A stretch of DNA of 64,000 bases, taken from positions 483,767 through 547,766 of the forward strand of contig OZ220733.1 in assembly GCA_965116875.1 (NCBI GenBank), in the 5' to 3' direction. The translations under genes and the position numbers were made by a program. Numbering within the stretch: position 1 is the stretch's first letter; each line of letters starts with the position of its first letter. Shown one piece after another: positions 56,083-64,000 of the stretch. Under the pieces are notes generated by a model. That model saw nothing but the letters and a program-made list of their open reading frames with translations. It ran no database searches and had not been told where the DNA came from. Source of the DNA: Candidatus Latescibacterota bacterium. GTDB lineage: Bacteria; Latescibacterota; UBA2968; GCA-2709665.

Positions 56083-57440
56083 CCGATCCATCCGCCGAAA
56101 TGAATCGCGCCCCCGGACCGCGCGGGCTGCCGCTTCTCGGCTGCGTCCTTCCGTTCCGTAAGGACCCCATCGGGTACCTGTTGGATGCATGGTCCAGGTA
56201 TGGCGACGTGGTCAGGCTGGACATCAGGGGCAAGACGGTGCACCTGGTCGCCCGACCGGAGCACATCGAACACGTGCTCGTGCGCAAGAGGCGCACCTAT
56301 TTCAAGGGTTATGGATACGACGACCAGAAGCTGCTGTTGGGAGAGGGTCTGATCACCAGCGAGGGCGAACTCTGGGAGCGGCAGCACCGGATCATGCAGC
56401 CCTTCTTCACGCCCAGGGGAACGATGCGGTTCATGGGTGTGATGGTGAACGCGATTCGCGACATGCTCGCGCGATGGGAGCCCCTGGCGGATGACAAACG
56501 CGTGATCCAGGTCGACGAGGAGATGGCCCGCCTGACGGGAAACATCATCGTTCACATCCTGTTCAGCAGGAACCTGAACGACGAGACGTCCCGGATCGAC
56601 GAGGCGTTTCAGTACTGCGTGGGGTTCATCGACCGGCGTTCCGCCGATCTGATCGCGCTGCCCATGTCCGTTCCCACCTCCGCGAACCGCCGGTTCAAAC
56701 AGTGCCTCGGCGAAATCCACAGGTACGTCGACGAACGCATCGATGAGCGGCGCGACCGACCCGAAGAGGAGGATCTGCTCTCGGTACTCATGAATGCCCG
56801 AGACGAGGAAACGGGTAAGCGGATGGACCGGCGCCAGCTGCGGGACGAACTGGTCACGCTGTTCGTTGCGGGATACCAGACAACGATGCACGCCCTGACC
56901 TGGACGTGGTACCTGCTGGATCGACATCGACACGCGGAAGAGAGGCTGTGGGAGGAACAGCGTTCGATCCTGAACGGGCGACTGCCCGACCTGGAATCCG
57001 TCCACGAACTGAGCTACTCCCGAATGGTGTTCCAGGAAGCCATGCGCCTCTATCCTCCGATCAAGGTGATCGTCCGGGAGGCCGCGGCGGACGACGAAAT
57101 CGACGGGTATCGCATCCCCGCCGGATCGCTTGTCCTGGTGAGTCCCTACATCACCCAGCGTCATCCGGCCCTGTGGAAGCACCCGGAAACATTCGATCCG
57201 GAACGGTTCACCCCGGAGCAGACGGAAAGACGCTCCCGCTACGCCTACCTGCCCTTCAGCGCCGGACCCCGGATCTGCCTGGGCGGAAATTTCGCGATGC
57301 TGGAAGCCGTGCTGGTGCTCGCGATGGTTACGGAGCATTTCCGGCTTCAACTTGTCCCGGGGCATCCCGTCGCGCCTTCGATGGACGTGAAGACGTGGCC
57401 GCTTTACGGCATGCCGATGACGGTGCACCGGCGCGAGTAG
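56079..57440 (+). CDS. Cytochrome P450
   Basis: Heme-thiolate loop FSAGPRICLGGNFAMLE, ExxR (EAMRLYPP) and I-helix AGYQTT. 453 aa. Confidence 0.9.
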   Translation: MPDPSAEMNRAPGPRGLPLLGCVLPFRKDPIGYLLDAWSRYGDVVRLDIRGKTVHLVARPEHIEHVLVRKRRTYFKGYGYDDQKLLLGEGLITSEGELWERQHRIMQPFFTPRGTMRFMGVMVNAIRDMLARWEPLADDKRVIQVDEEMARLTGNIIVHILFSRNLNDETSRIDEAFQYCVGFIDRRSADLIALPMSVPTSANRRFKQCLGEIHRYVDERIDERRDRPEEEDLLSVLMNARDEETGKRMDRRQLRDELVTLFVAGYQTTMHALTWTWYLLDRHRHAEERLWEEQRSILNGRLPDLESVHELSYSRMVFQEAMRLYPPIKVIVREAAADDEIDGYRIPAGSLVLVSPYITQRHPALWKHPETFDPERFTPEQTERRSRYAYLPFSAGPRICLGGNFAMLEAVLVLAMVTEHFRLQLVPGHPVAPSMDVKTWPLYGMPMTVHRRE

Positions 57441-57473
57441 GAATCCTCCCGGCTTGACTTCCGCGACGGTACA

Positions 57474-59162
57474 CTACCCTTCATCTTCCGTCTCGATCGT
57501 ATTCAGGATCGCGTCAACGTCCTCGCTTGCGGGTTCGGGGCTGAGAATACGCCATTTGTACTGGGTATCCCGTTTCCCCGCGCCCGCCGCGCGCAGCACC
57601 TCGGCTTCCGCCCATCCGGACCGCATCAGATGGAGGCACGGCGCCGCCAGCCTGCGGGAGCGCCGCTTCTCGGCGTACTCCAGATTGACGCCCGCCAGCG
57701 CGCGGTCAAGGTGGGGAATCACCTCGTTTTTCAGGAAATCCCGCGAGAACTCTCCCTTCAACTCCGCGTAGATCTCGTACCGGCGAGCCCCCACGCTTGC
57801 TACCACGCGGAACTGCTCGACCACGGAGACGTCATACCGGCGTCGGACCTCTTCGAGCGCCAGAACGAGGTGATTCACGTGCATCTTCTCGCCCGTGATG
57901 CTCGTCATGTCACGGCCTTTACGGATGAAGGCCAGCAGCGGGGCGTTCCGGTAGAAACCGGTCACCTGTACGATGTCGTGAATATCGTACCGGTAGAGGC
58001 CTCCTGGGGTGGTCAGGAGCACCGCATAGTTCACGCCGTCCTCCAGTTCATGGCTGGAAAGAACGTGTGGGTTGGCGTCATCCAATGAGGACTCGGGAAT
58101 GAACTCGTAATAGTTCCCGTTCAGCGAGAGAATGCCCGATGCGGTATGGTCCCGGTTCGGAAGGGTAAAATGCCCTTCGCTGGCCAGAAAGCCCAGGTCT
58201 CGCGTGGGGACGTCGCCATAATACGCCGGCAGCTTCCGGGCCTGAACCCCCACACTGCCTCCCAGCCAGCACCCGATGAGTTTCAGGTCCGGCCAGCAAT
58301 CCGCTGGAAGGAGCGATCCGGTCCGGTCCAATACGCCCTCGAGTACCCTTGCGCGGTCCGGATCCGGTGCCATATTGGCGGACAGCTGTTCGGCAAGTTG
58401 CGGCTGGTCCGGCAGGTCGATGCCGGGCGTGCCCTCGTGAACCGCGCGAACGATGGCGTCGGCGTTATTGAGTGCAGTCTCCGCCAGGCGAATGAGCGTG
58501 CTTGGATTGGGTGTTCCGATGTACGAAACGCGCCTGGCCAACGCCAGACGCGCGGCCACGAAATAGCGGCGATCGTAGTCCTTGATCTCGGAAACCGCGT
58601 AGGGGATCGCGTAGGTGCCGCGGATCGGCCCGGGAATCCGCTGGTAGAGCATCCCGGACGCGCTGCCGTACGGAAGCCCCGAGGGGGTGCGACCCTCGAT
58701 GGCCCGGCTTACGATGCCCACAAATGCGCCGTCCAGGAACCCCGGATGGTCCTGAAGCGCGCGATAGATCCACTCCAGAGAAAAACCGGACGCGAGACGC
58801 ATGGACTCGCGTGTGACCGGGATGTACTTCGGTTCTCCCGTGGTCCCGCTCGTCATATTCAACATCCGGGGCGCGTCCGAAGTAAGGACCGCCTGCTCGC
58901 CGGCGATGATCCGGTTCACATACGGCCGCAGCCCTTCGTAATCTCTAACAGGTACCCGTGCGCGGTAGTCGGCTTCCGTGCGGATTGACGCGAAACCATG
59001 GTCCTTGCCGAATACGGTGTTGGCGTTGGCTTTCACCAGGCGCATAAGGAAGGCGTTCTGCGCGGCGTGCGGGCGCTCGGCCGAGCGGTCGAGCTTGCGG
59101 GCGAGGGCGGATCCCTTCATCCGGATTATGGTCTTGACGAGCATTCCCATAACCTGTCCCAT
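57474..59162 (-). CDS. GH3-family (auxin-responsive GH3-like) adenylate-forming amido synthetase
   Basis: VPVRDYEGLRPYVNRI...MTSGTTGEPKYIPVT...YGSASG... 562 aa, with the layout of bacterial GH3-domain proteins. Confidence 0.72.
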   Translation of the reverse strand: MGQVMGMLVKTIIRMKGSALARKLDRSAERPHAAQNAFLMRLVKANANTVFGKDHGFASIRTEADYRARVPVRDYEGLRPYVNRIIAGEQAVLTSDAPRMLNMTSGTTGEPKYIPVTRESMRLASGFSLEWIYRALQDHPGFLDGAFVGIVSRAIEGRTPSGLPYGSASGMLYQRIPGPIRGTYAIPYAVSEIKDYDRRYFVAARLALARRVSYIGTPNPSTLIRLAETALNNADAIVRAVHEGTPGIDLPDQPQLAEQLSANMAPDPDRARVLEGVLDRTGSLLPADCWPDLKLIGCWLGGSVGVQARKLPAYYGDVPTRDLGFLASEGHFTLPNRDHTASGILSLNGNYYEFIPESSLDDANPHVLSSHELEDGVNYAVLLTTPGGLYRYDIHDIVQVTGFYRNAPLLAFIRKGRDMTSITGEKMHVNHLVLALEEVRRRYDVSVVEQFRVVASVGARRYEIYAELKGEFSRDFLKNEVIPHLDRALAGVNLEYAEKRRSRRLAAPCLHLMRSGWAEAEVLRAAGAGKRDTQYKWRILSPEPASEDVDAILNTIETEDEG

Positions 59163-59163
59163 A

Positions 59164-59205
59164 GAAGCTGTCTTAAAATCCTCACCAATATCCCTAAACA
59201 GCTAC
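59164..59205 (+). repeat. Family-B element, arms-only miniature derivative
   Basis: GAAGCTGTCTTAAAATC|CTCACCAATATCCCTAAACAGCTAC is the B 5' arm joined directly to a degenerate B 3' arm (compare CTCACCGGTAATTCTAAGACAACTTC). It occupies the 39-bp spacer between the enolase-family stop and the GH3 start. Confidence 0.55.
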
Positions 59206-60359
59206 TTACCAAGAATCGTCGTGGTCTCCGCGTGGGCGCGAAGGACGTCATCGTTAACGTCGACGCCGAGCCCCGGATCCCGCAGCAGCGGCGCCCATCC
59301 GCCGCGGCCGAACGCAACGGATTCTTCAGACACGTCTTCCACGAGCAGCATGTTCCCGTAGGAGCCCTCCACGAACGATATCCGGTCGAGATGGGCAGCC
59401 AGGTGACGCCCGGCAGCCGAGAGGATGGCGGACTCTCCCACCTGGCAGCCGAGTTGCAGCCGCAGCCCGGCACGATCGGCCATTCGGGCGATCTCCAGCG
59501 TACGGACAAGACCGCCGCACTTGGAAATGCGCAGATTAAAGAAATCGCATGCCCCCGACTGAATCAGCGCTTCCGCGTCGGCCAGGGTGACAAGGGATTC
59601 GTCAGCCATAATCGGAATTGGCGACCGGGAACGAACACTCGCCAGCACCTCAGGATTGCCGCGGGGAATGGGCTGCTCGGCGCAGGCGATATCAAACGGC
59701 GCCAGGGCCTCGAGCGTCGCAACCGCTTCGTCAGGCGTGTACGCACAGTTCGCGTCGATCCTGAGCGAGACGTCGGGGCCCACCGTCTCACGGACGGCCG
59801 CGACGCGGTCTCGCCCATCCTCTCCGTCGATCTTTATTTTCACGTCCTGAAGCCCGAATTCCGCGCAGACCCGTGCGAGCCGGACCGCGCTATCGATGGA
59901 ACCGCCGCTGATGACGCCGCTGTAGGTGACGGAGGCACGCCTGGGCCTTAGAATCTCGCCCAGTGACAGTCGACCGCGACGCAGCAGGAGGTCGAGCAGG
60001 GCGAGTTCGCAGGCGGTTCTGGCGGCGTGCCACGCGACCACGCCGGTGGCATCGCCGTCGGGCAGGTTCCGGCCCACCGGGTCCAGCGTGCGAACGGGGT
60101 CAGAGCCGGGATCCATCGCGGGAACCTCAGAATTCACGACGGAGGGCCAGAGACATTGCGCGATATGGTCGATGCAGCTCTCAACGGTCTCGCCCGTCAC
60201 GTACGGGCGGGGCAGCCCTTCACCGTAGCCCACCGTGCCGTCCTCGGCTGTCAGGCGTACGACGACGGAGTCCGAGCGGGACCGCACCGAAGCGCTGTGT
60301 CCGAAGGCCTCTACGAAAGGAATCCGGAGGGCGAAGCATGTTGCGCCAACAATCTTCAT
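59202..60359 (-). CDS. Enolase-superfamily enzyme (dipeptide epimerase / MR-MLE-like)
   Basis: MKIVGATCFALRIPFVEAFGHS...VKIKI..., RIDANCAY, CAEQP, IMADES. ATG at 60359 with GAGGA upstream; track start is TTG at 60371. Confidence 0.85.
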   Translation of the reverse strand: MKIVGATCFALRIPFVEAFGHSASVRSRSDSVVVRLTAEDGTVGYGEGLPRPYVTGETVESCIDHIAQCLWPSVVNSEVPAMDPGSDPVRTLDPVGRNLPDGDATGVVAWHAARTACELALLDLLLRRGRLSLGEILRPRRASVTYSGVISGGSIDSAVRLARVCAEFGLQDVKIKIDGEDGRDRVAAVRETVGPDVSLRIDANCAYTPDEAVATLEALAPFDIACAEQPIPRGNPEVLASVRSRSPIPIMADESLVTLADAEALIQSGACDFFNLRISKCGGLVRTLEIARMADRAGLRLQLGCQVGESAILSAAGRHLAAHLDRISFVEGSYGNMLLVEDVSEESVAFGRGGWAPLLRDPGLGVDVNDDVLRAHAETTTILGK

Positions 60360-60367
60360 CTCGATCC

Positions 60368-61102
60368 TCAAAGCGGGGCGAGGCCGCAGCGTCCCGACCG
60401 CAGCCGCATCGCAGACCGGATGCCCTGGAGTTCCCTGACAGACGAAATCGTGACATCGGGTATCTCGGCGGCGCGCCGCGGCGTCTGAAACCGTGAAAAA
60501 CCCTGCAAAACGCGCATGGTCAAACAGCCGTGAGATTTGGCAGGGCCGATATCGTTATCCAGCCGGTCGCCAACCATCAATATGCCGTCGGGTGCGCACC
60601 CCGCCCGGGAAATCGCGGCGCCGAATACCCTCGGATCAGGCTTGGAAATGCCGAGTTCAGCGGATGCCAGAACAACGGAAAACCGGTCCCTGATCCCCCA
60701 GTCCGAAAGCCGTTTCTCCGTCCCTTCGGACTGGTTGGCGATAACGCCAAGCCTGAATTTCCGCGATAGGATCTCAAGTGTCTCCGGTACGCCAGGGTAC
60801 AAACCTTCCAGTTCTTTCGCATAACGCACAGCGCCTGCAACCGCGCGCCGCTGTTCCTCCGTCAGATCGAGACGCGCCAGCATCGCGCGAAACGGGCTTG
60901 GCGCGAAATTCGTCGCCGCCTGCTCGCACAATTCCATGAGTTCGTCCACGGAATGGTCCATCCCAAACCCCCGGACACGCTCGCACACGCCCTTGAGACG
61001 CGCCCGGTGCGCCCGGGTTTCGTCAACCAGCGTCCAGCCCAGATCCAGAAAGATCCACTCGATGTTGGTCATGGGCGGGGTGACTCCGTTGCGGCGGCTC
61101 AA
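60368..61102 (-). CDS. HAD-superfamily hydrolase
   Basis: N-terminal motif I-like FLDLGWTLVDE, then VIANQSEG, and motif IV MVGDRLDNDIGPAKSHG. The start may be the internal Met at 61072. Confidence 0.75.
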   Translation of the reverse strand: MSRRNGVTPPMTNIEWIFLDLGWTLVDETRAHRARLKGVCERVRGFGMDHSVDELMELCEQAATNFAPSPFRAMLARLDLTEEQRRAVAGAVRYAKELEGLYPGVPETLEILSRKFRLGVIANQSEGTEKRLSDWGIRDRFSVVLASAELGISKPDPRVFGAAISRAGCAPDGILMVGDRLDNDIGPAKSHGCLTMRVLQGFSRFQTPRRAAEIPDVTISSVRELQGIRSAMRLRSGRCGLAPL

Positions 61103-61214
61103 TCACATCTTCGGCACTGATGACGGGCCCCCGCGTCCACAGTTCCGCCAGACAGTTGACAGCCGGATTGGATTGCAATATACTGATGCGTTTCCATTTC
61201 TCAAGCCATATCAA

Positions 61215-61376
61215 GAAGCTGTTTTAAAACTCCCAGCGGTCTTCGCGCGGCTGCAAAAGCGCCGGTCGGCGTTGGTCAAACCCACCCGTATAGACAAATA
61301 TGGGCGGGTTTTCCCGCCTTGACCGCAACTTTTTCGCTCGCGCTCGGAAACTCACCGGTAAATTTAAAACAACTTC
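61215..61376 (+). repeat. Family-B intergenic element, full copy B3 (162 bp)
   Basis: GAAGCTGTTTTAAAACTCCCAGCGGTCTTCGCGCGGCTGCAAAAGCGCCGG...CTCACCGGTAAATTTAAAACAACTTC. It ends 6 nt before the thermonuclease Shine-Dalgarno sequence (TAAGGAG). Confidence 0.85.
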
Positions 61377-61389
61377 TAAGGAGCGTGTT

Positions 61390-61788
61390 ATGGTATGGAT
61401 TTTCGTTTTTCTCGGCCTGTTTTCACCGGTCGAAGGGAAGCAGTCTCTGTACGCCAGGCACGAGGCGACGGTGATTTCCGTGTACGACGGAGACACGATG
61501 ACCGTTGACGTGGTCCTGTGGCCGGGTCTGACGTGGCGAGGGAAGGTGCGGGTGCGGGGTGTGGATACGCCGGAGATTCAGACGAAGAGCGAAGCCGAAA
61601 AGAGACGCGCACTGCTGGCGCGCGACTTCGTCCGGGAACGGATCGGGAAAACCGTATATCTGGAAGACGTGAAGCTGGGCAACTTCTCCGGGCGCGTCGT
61701 GGCCACGGTCAGGCTGCAGGACGGGTCCAACCTCGCGAAGGTCCTGATCCGGGAGGGACACGGGGAGGCGTATAAGCGGAGAAGATGA
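61390..61788 (+). CDS. Secreted thermonuclease (staphylococcal nuclease-like)
   Basis: ATG at 61390 with a TAAGGAG Shine-Dalgarno sequence. Signal-like MVWIFVFLGLFSPVEG, then VYDGDTMTVDV...VRVRGVDTPE...ARDFVRERI...VLIREGHGEAY. The longer track ORF reads through repeat B3. Confidence 0.8.
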   Translation: MVWIFVFLGLFSPVEGKQSLYARHEATVISVYDGDTMTVDVVLWPGLTWRGKVRVRGVDTPEIQTKSEAEKRRALLARDFVRERIGKTVYLEDVKLGNFSGRVVATVRLQDGSNLAKVLIREGHGEAYKRRR

Positions 61789-61955
61789 AAAGGAAGAAGG
61801 AAAAACGAAGAAGGAAGAAGGAAAAGTCGGTAACTCTTGCATATGTGACGCGGGTGATTGGACTGTTGTCGTGTGAGACGAGGAGTTGGGCGCGGGGCGG
61901 TCCTTTTCCTTCTTCATTCTTCCTTCCCGCTTTCAACGAGCCCGGCGCGTGGTTT

Positions 61956-62699
61956 TTACTTGAGAGAGATAATCTCCCGCTGTGACGGGCTGAGGCGGTC
62001 GGCCAGGCCGGGGCTGAATTTCAGGTGCTGGCCGCCCCAATCGGGCATATAGCCGATGCTGTAGCAATAATACAGCGAGCGACGCGGGCGTCCGGACACG
62101 TTCACGGTGGACCCGTGGGTGAGCGCTTCGGTGAACAGAATGGCGTCCCCCGCGCGCGCCGGAACCGCCTGCAGGGGAGGGTTATCGTTGGGATGGCCGC
62201 CCCATGGCCTCGCGAAATTGCTCTTGTGCGCCCCGGGAATCACCGCGAAGCAGCCGTCTTCCGGGCCGCAATCCAGCATGGGGAAGACCGCTTTCGTCAG
62301 CGTTGACACCATCTGGCCGTTGCGGCAATGATACTGGCACTTGGGGAGAATCGGCGTGCCGTGCATGTGCATCCCCGTATAGCCCCCGCCCCACCGATAG
62401 ATCGTGTAGGTGTGGTTCAGGCGATACGGCCCGCCGGTAACGCATTCGACCGCATCCAGCAATCCGGGAAGTTCCATCAACGGCAGAAACGCGTCGTCGC
62501 CCTCCATGATGTTCGAAATATAGAGGTTTTCCGGCGTGCGATCCTGGCCCAACACCAGCGGTGCAGGATAATCCTCCGGATCCATGGCCTCGAACCGGTC
62601 GAGTGCGGCATTGCAGGCCGCCACCGTTTCCGGCGGCACGATCTGCTCGAGGACGATATAGCCCTGCAAATCGAAAAGGTACTTCTGTTCCTGGTCCAT
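61956..62699 (-). CDS. Phytanoyl-CoA dioxygenase (PhyH) family oxygenase
   Basis: YLFDLQGYIVLEQIVPPETVAACNAALD..., VIPGAHKSNF, AGDAILFTEALTHGS. Confidence 0.8.
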   Translation of the reverse strand: MDQEQKYLFDLQGYIVLEQIVPPETVAACNAALDRFEAMDPEDYPAPLVLGQDRTPENLYISNIMEGDDAFLPLMELPGLLDAVECVTGGPYRLNHTYTIYRWGGGYTGMHMHGTPILPKCQYHCRNGQMVSTLTKAVFPMLDCGPEDGCFAVIPGAHKSNFARPWGGHPNDNPPLQAVPARAGDAILFTEALTHGSTVNVSGRPRRSLYYCYSIGYMPDWGGQHLKFSPGLADRLSPSQREIISLK

Positions 62700-62749
62700 C
62701 GTGCCTCCTCGTACGCCAGATCAACTCACCATACAACACGGGTAATCCA

Positions 62750-63931
62750 ATGTCAAATCCCAACGTCCAGCCGCTCGCCCAGGATTTCGTCATTGCGGCT
62801 CAGGTACCGGACCCGATGCAGTATTTTTTCCACGATCCCGATCTCACACGCCTGGACGACGGCACCCTGCTGCTGGCCGCGCCGCAATGGCACCGCCCGG
62901 GCCGGGACCATTCCCGCCGTCTGCGACTTCTGCGAAGCGACGACGGAGGGCTCTCATGGGTGGAACTCCCGGGCCTGCCCTACGAAGAGGCCACGCCCTT
63001 CGTACTGGACGGACAACTCCTCATGTTCGTGCAGGAAACATGCCACAAGGATTTTCTGGTCGTGGCCAGCAACGACAGAGGCGAAACCTGGAGCGATCCC
63101 AGTACCGTGATCGAAGGCCCCGTCTGGAATATCTCCACGTCCCGGGTTCTCCGTCCCGAGGCCCTCTACTGGGCGATGGACTACGACCTGCCCGGCCATG
63201 GTCACGGCGGGAAGACGATGCTCCGTCTGAATCGGAGCATGTCACCCATGGATCCGGGAGCATGGACGTTGTCCAACATCGTTCGCCAGCCGGAAATCCC
63301 GGCGGCGATGACCAGAAACCTCTTCCCGGACGGCAACCGCCCGCAACTGGCCGGCGGCTGGAGGGACCCTCTCGTGTGGCTGGAGCCCAATACCGTCGAA
63401 GTTCGAGGCCGAATACGCGCTTTCTGCCGCTGCGTTTTTGACGAATACGCGGCGGCCCACATTGCGGCGGTATTCGACTACGATCCCGATGCGCACCAAC
63501 TGAGCTTTACGCAGTTCGCCGCGTGGCCGGGAGCACAGTGTAAGTTCTACGTCATCCACGACCGTTCAGCATCCATGTACTGGATGTTGAGCAACCTCAT
63601 CACGAACTCCCAGGACCTGCTTGGCTGGGCAGAAAGAATGCGCGAGACCGGATATCACGGAGGCCCGGGAAACGAACGGCGGTGGCTCTACCTCCATTAT
63701 GGAATCGACTGCCTCAACTGGTTCCCGGCCGGTTGCGTGGCCCGCTGGCCCGATAACGCCTACCGCAGCTTCATGTATCCCAGCGCCGTCGTGGACGGGG
63801 ACGACATCGTGGTGCTTTCGCGCACCAGCCGGGATTCCGGCGACCAGCACGACGCCGATCTCTGCACGATCCACCGCATTCGAGACTACCGCAGTCTGGC
63901 CATGGACCTCCACGCGGGCGGCCTGCACTGA
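62750..63931 (+). CDS. BNR/Asp-box repeat protein, sialidase-like beta-propeller
   Basis: Asp-box motifs RSDDGGLSW and SNDRGETWS. I place the start at MSNPNVQPLAQDF (ATG at 62750); the track start 62561 overlaps the divergent PhyH gene. Confidence 0.7.
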   Translation: MSNPNVQPLAQDFVIAAQVPDPMQYFFHDPDLTRLDDGTLLLAAPQWHRPGRDHSRRLRLLRSDDGGLSWVELPGLPYEEATPFVLDGQLLMFVQETCHKDFLVVASNDRGETWSDPSTVIEGPVWNISTSRVLRPEALYWAMDYDLPGHGHGGKTMLRLNRSMSPMDPGAWTLSNIVRQPEIPAAMTRNLFPDGNRPQLAGGWRDPLVWLEPNTVEVRGRIRAFCRCVFDEYAAAHIAAVFDYDPDAHQLSFTQFAAWPGAQCKFYVIHDRSASMYWMLSNLITNSQDLLGWAERMRETGYHGGPGNERRWLYLHYGIDCLNWFPAGCVARWPDNAYRSFMYPSAVVDGDDIVVLSRTSRDSGDQHDADLCTIHRIRDYRSLAMDLHAGGLH

Positions 63932-63937
63932 GCGCAT

Positions 63938-64000
63938 TCACGTTTTTGCCAGGATTTCCAGGTACGCCCGTACCGTGTTCGCCAGCCCCATCTCCAGCGC
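63938..64000 (-). CDS. 3' end of an unidentified gene running off the right window edge
   Basis: The minus strand reads ...ALEMGLANTVRAYLEILAKT-stop (TGA is the reverse complement of 63938-63940). Only 20 codons are visible, so this is tentative. Confidence 0.3.
   Translation of the reverse strand, partial: ALEMGLANTVRAYLEILAKT

Noticed and set aside
55020-57428. 802-aa minus-strand ORF, the longest in the track apart from the protease
   Set aside because: It lies antisense to two well-supported plus-strand genes (the M24 peptidase and the cytochrome P450, both with complete catalytic motifs) and spans their intergenic gap. Its product is Arg/His/Pro/Gly/Val-rich with no recognisable motif. 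This is a typical high-GC shadow ORF.

Overview
GC-rich bacterial chromosomal window with about 58 protein-coding genes on both strands. I recognised no rRNA, tRNA or CRISPR array. Most genes are recognisable enzymes with marked paralogue expansion: 3 phytanoyl-CoA dioxygenase-family, 3 clear Gfo/Idh/MocA, 3 enolase-superfamily and 2 HIBADH-like genes. Glycan-related genes include a BNR/sialidase-like protein, a ceramidase-like protein, nagB and a heparinase II/III-like ORF. That ORF runs off the left edge and is absent from the supplied ORF track. Housekeeping genes include prs, a truC-like gene, queF, kbl, mqnB-mqnD and modA. Unusual content, in order of interest: (1) A 43.1-50.5 kb same-strand cluster of exported or membrane-anchored proteins sharing a C-terminal dockerin-like Ca-loop tail. 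It holds two divergent TM-anchored ~22-aa-repeat proteins, a Sel1 protein flanked by duplicated Ig-like domains, an orphan near-identical copy of the tail, and an S8 protease with a possible cohesin-like module and a full double dockerin. Its right half is compositionally distinct. (2) Two families of short intergenic inverted-repeat elements: family A (~62-92 bp, REP-like) and family B (~162-189 bp, 17-bp terminal inverted repeats). Between them they have 9 full or truncated copies. (3) An intact IS1380-family element with a (G)TCTAAA target duplication that splits an operon. (4) A canonical QueF next to a Cys-less QueF paralogue that is translationally coupled to an oxidoreductase. (5) An ACP coupled to a homocitrate/isopropylmalate-synthase-like enzyme next to futalosine-pathway genes. 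Many long ORFs in the track are antisense shadows typical of high-GC DNA and were rejected. All function calls rest on motif recognition by eye; no database search was possible.
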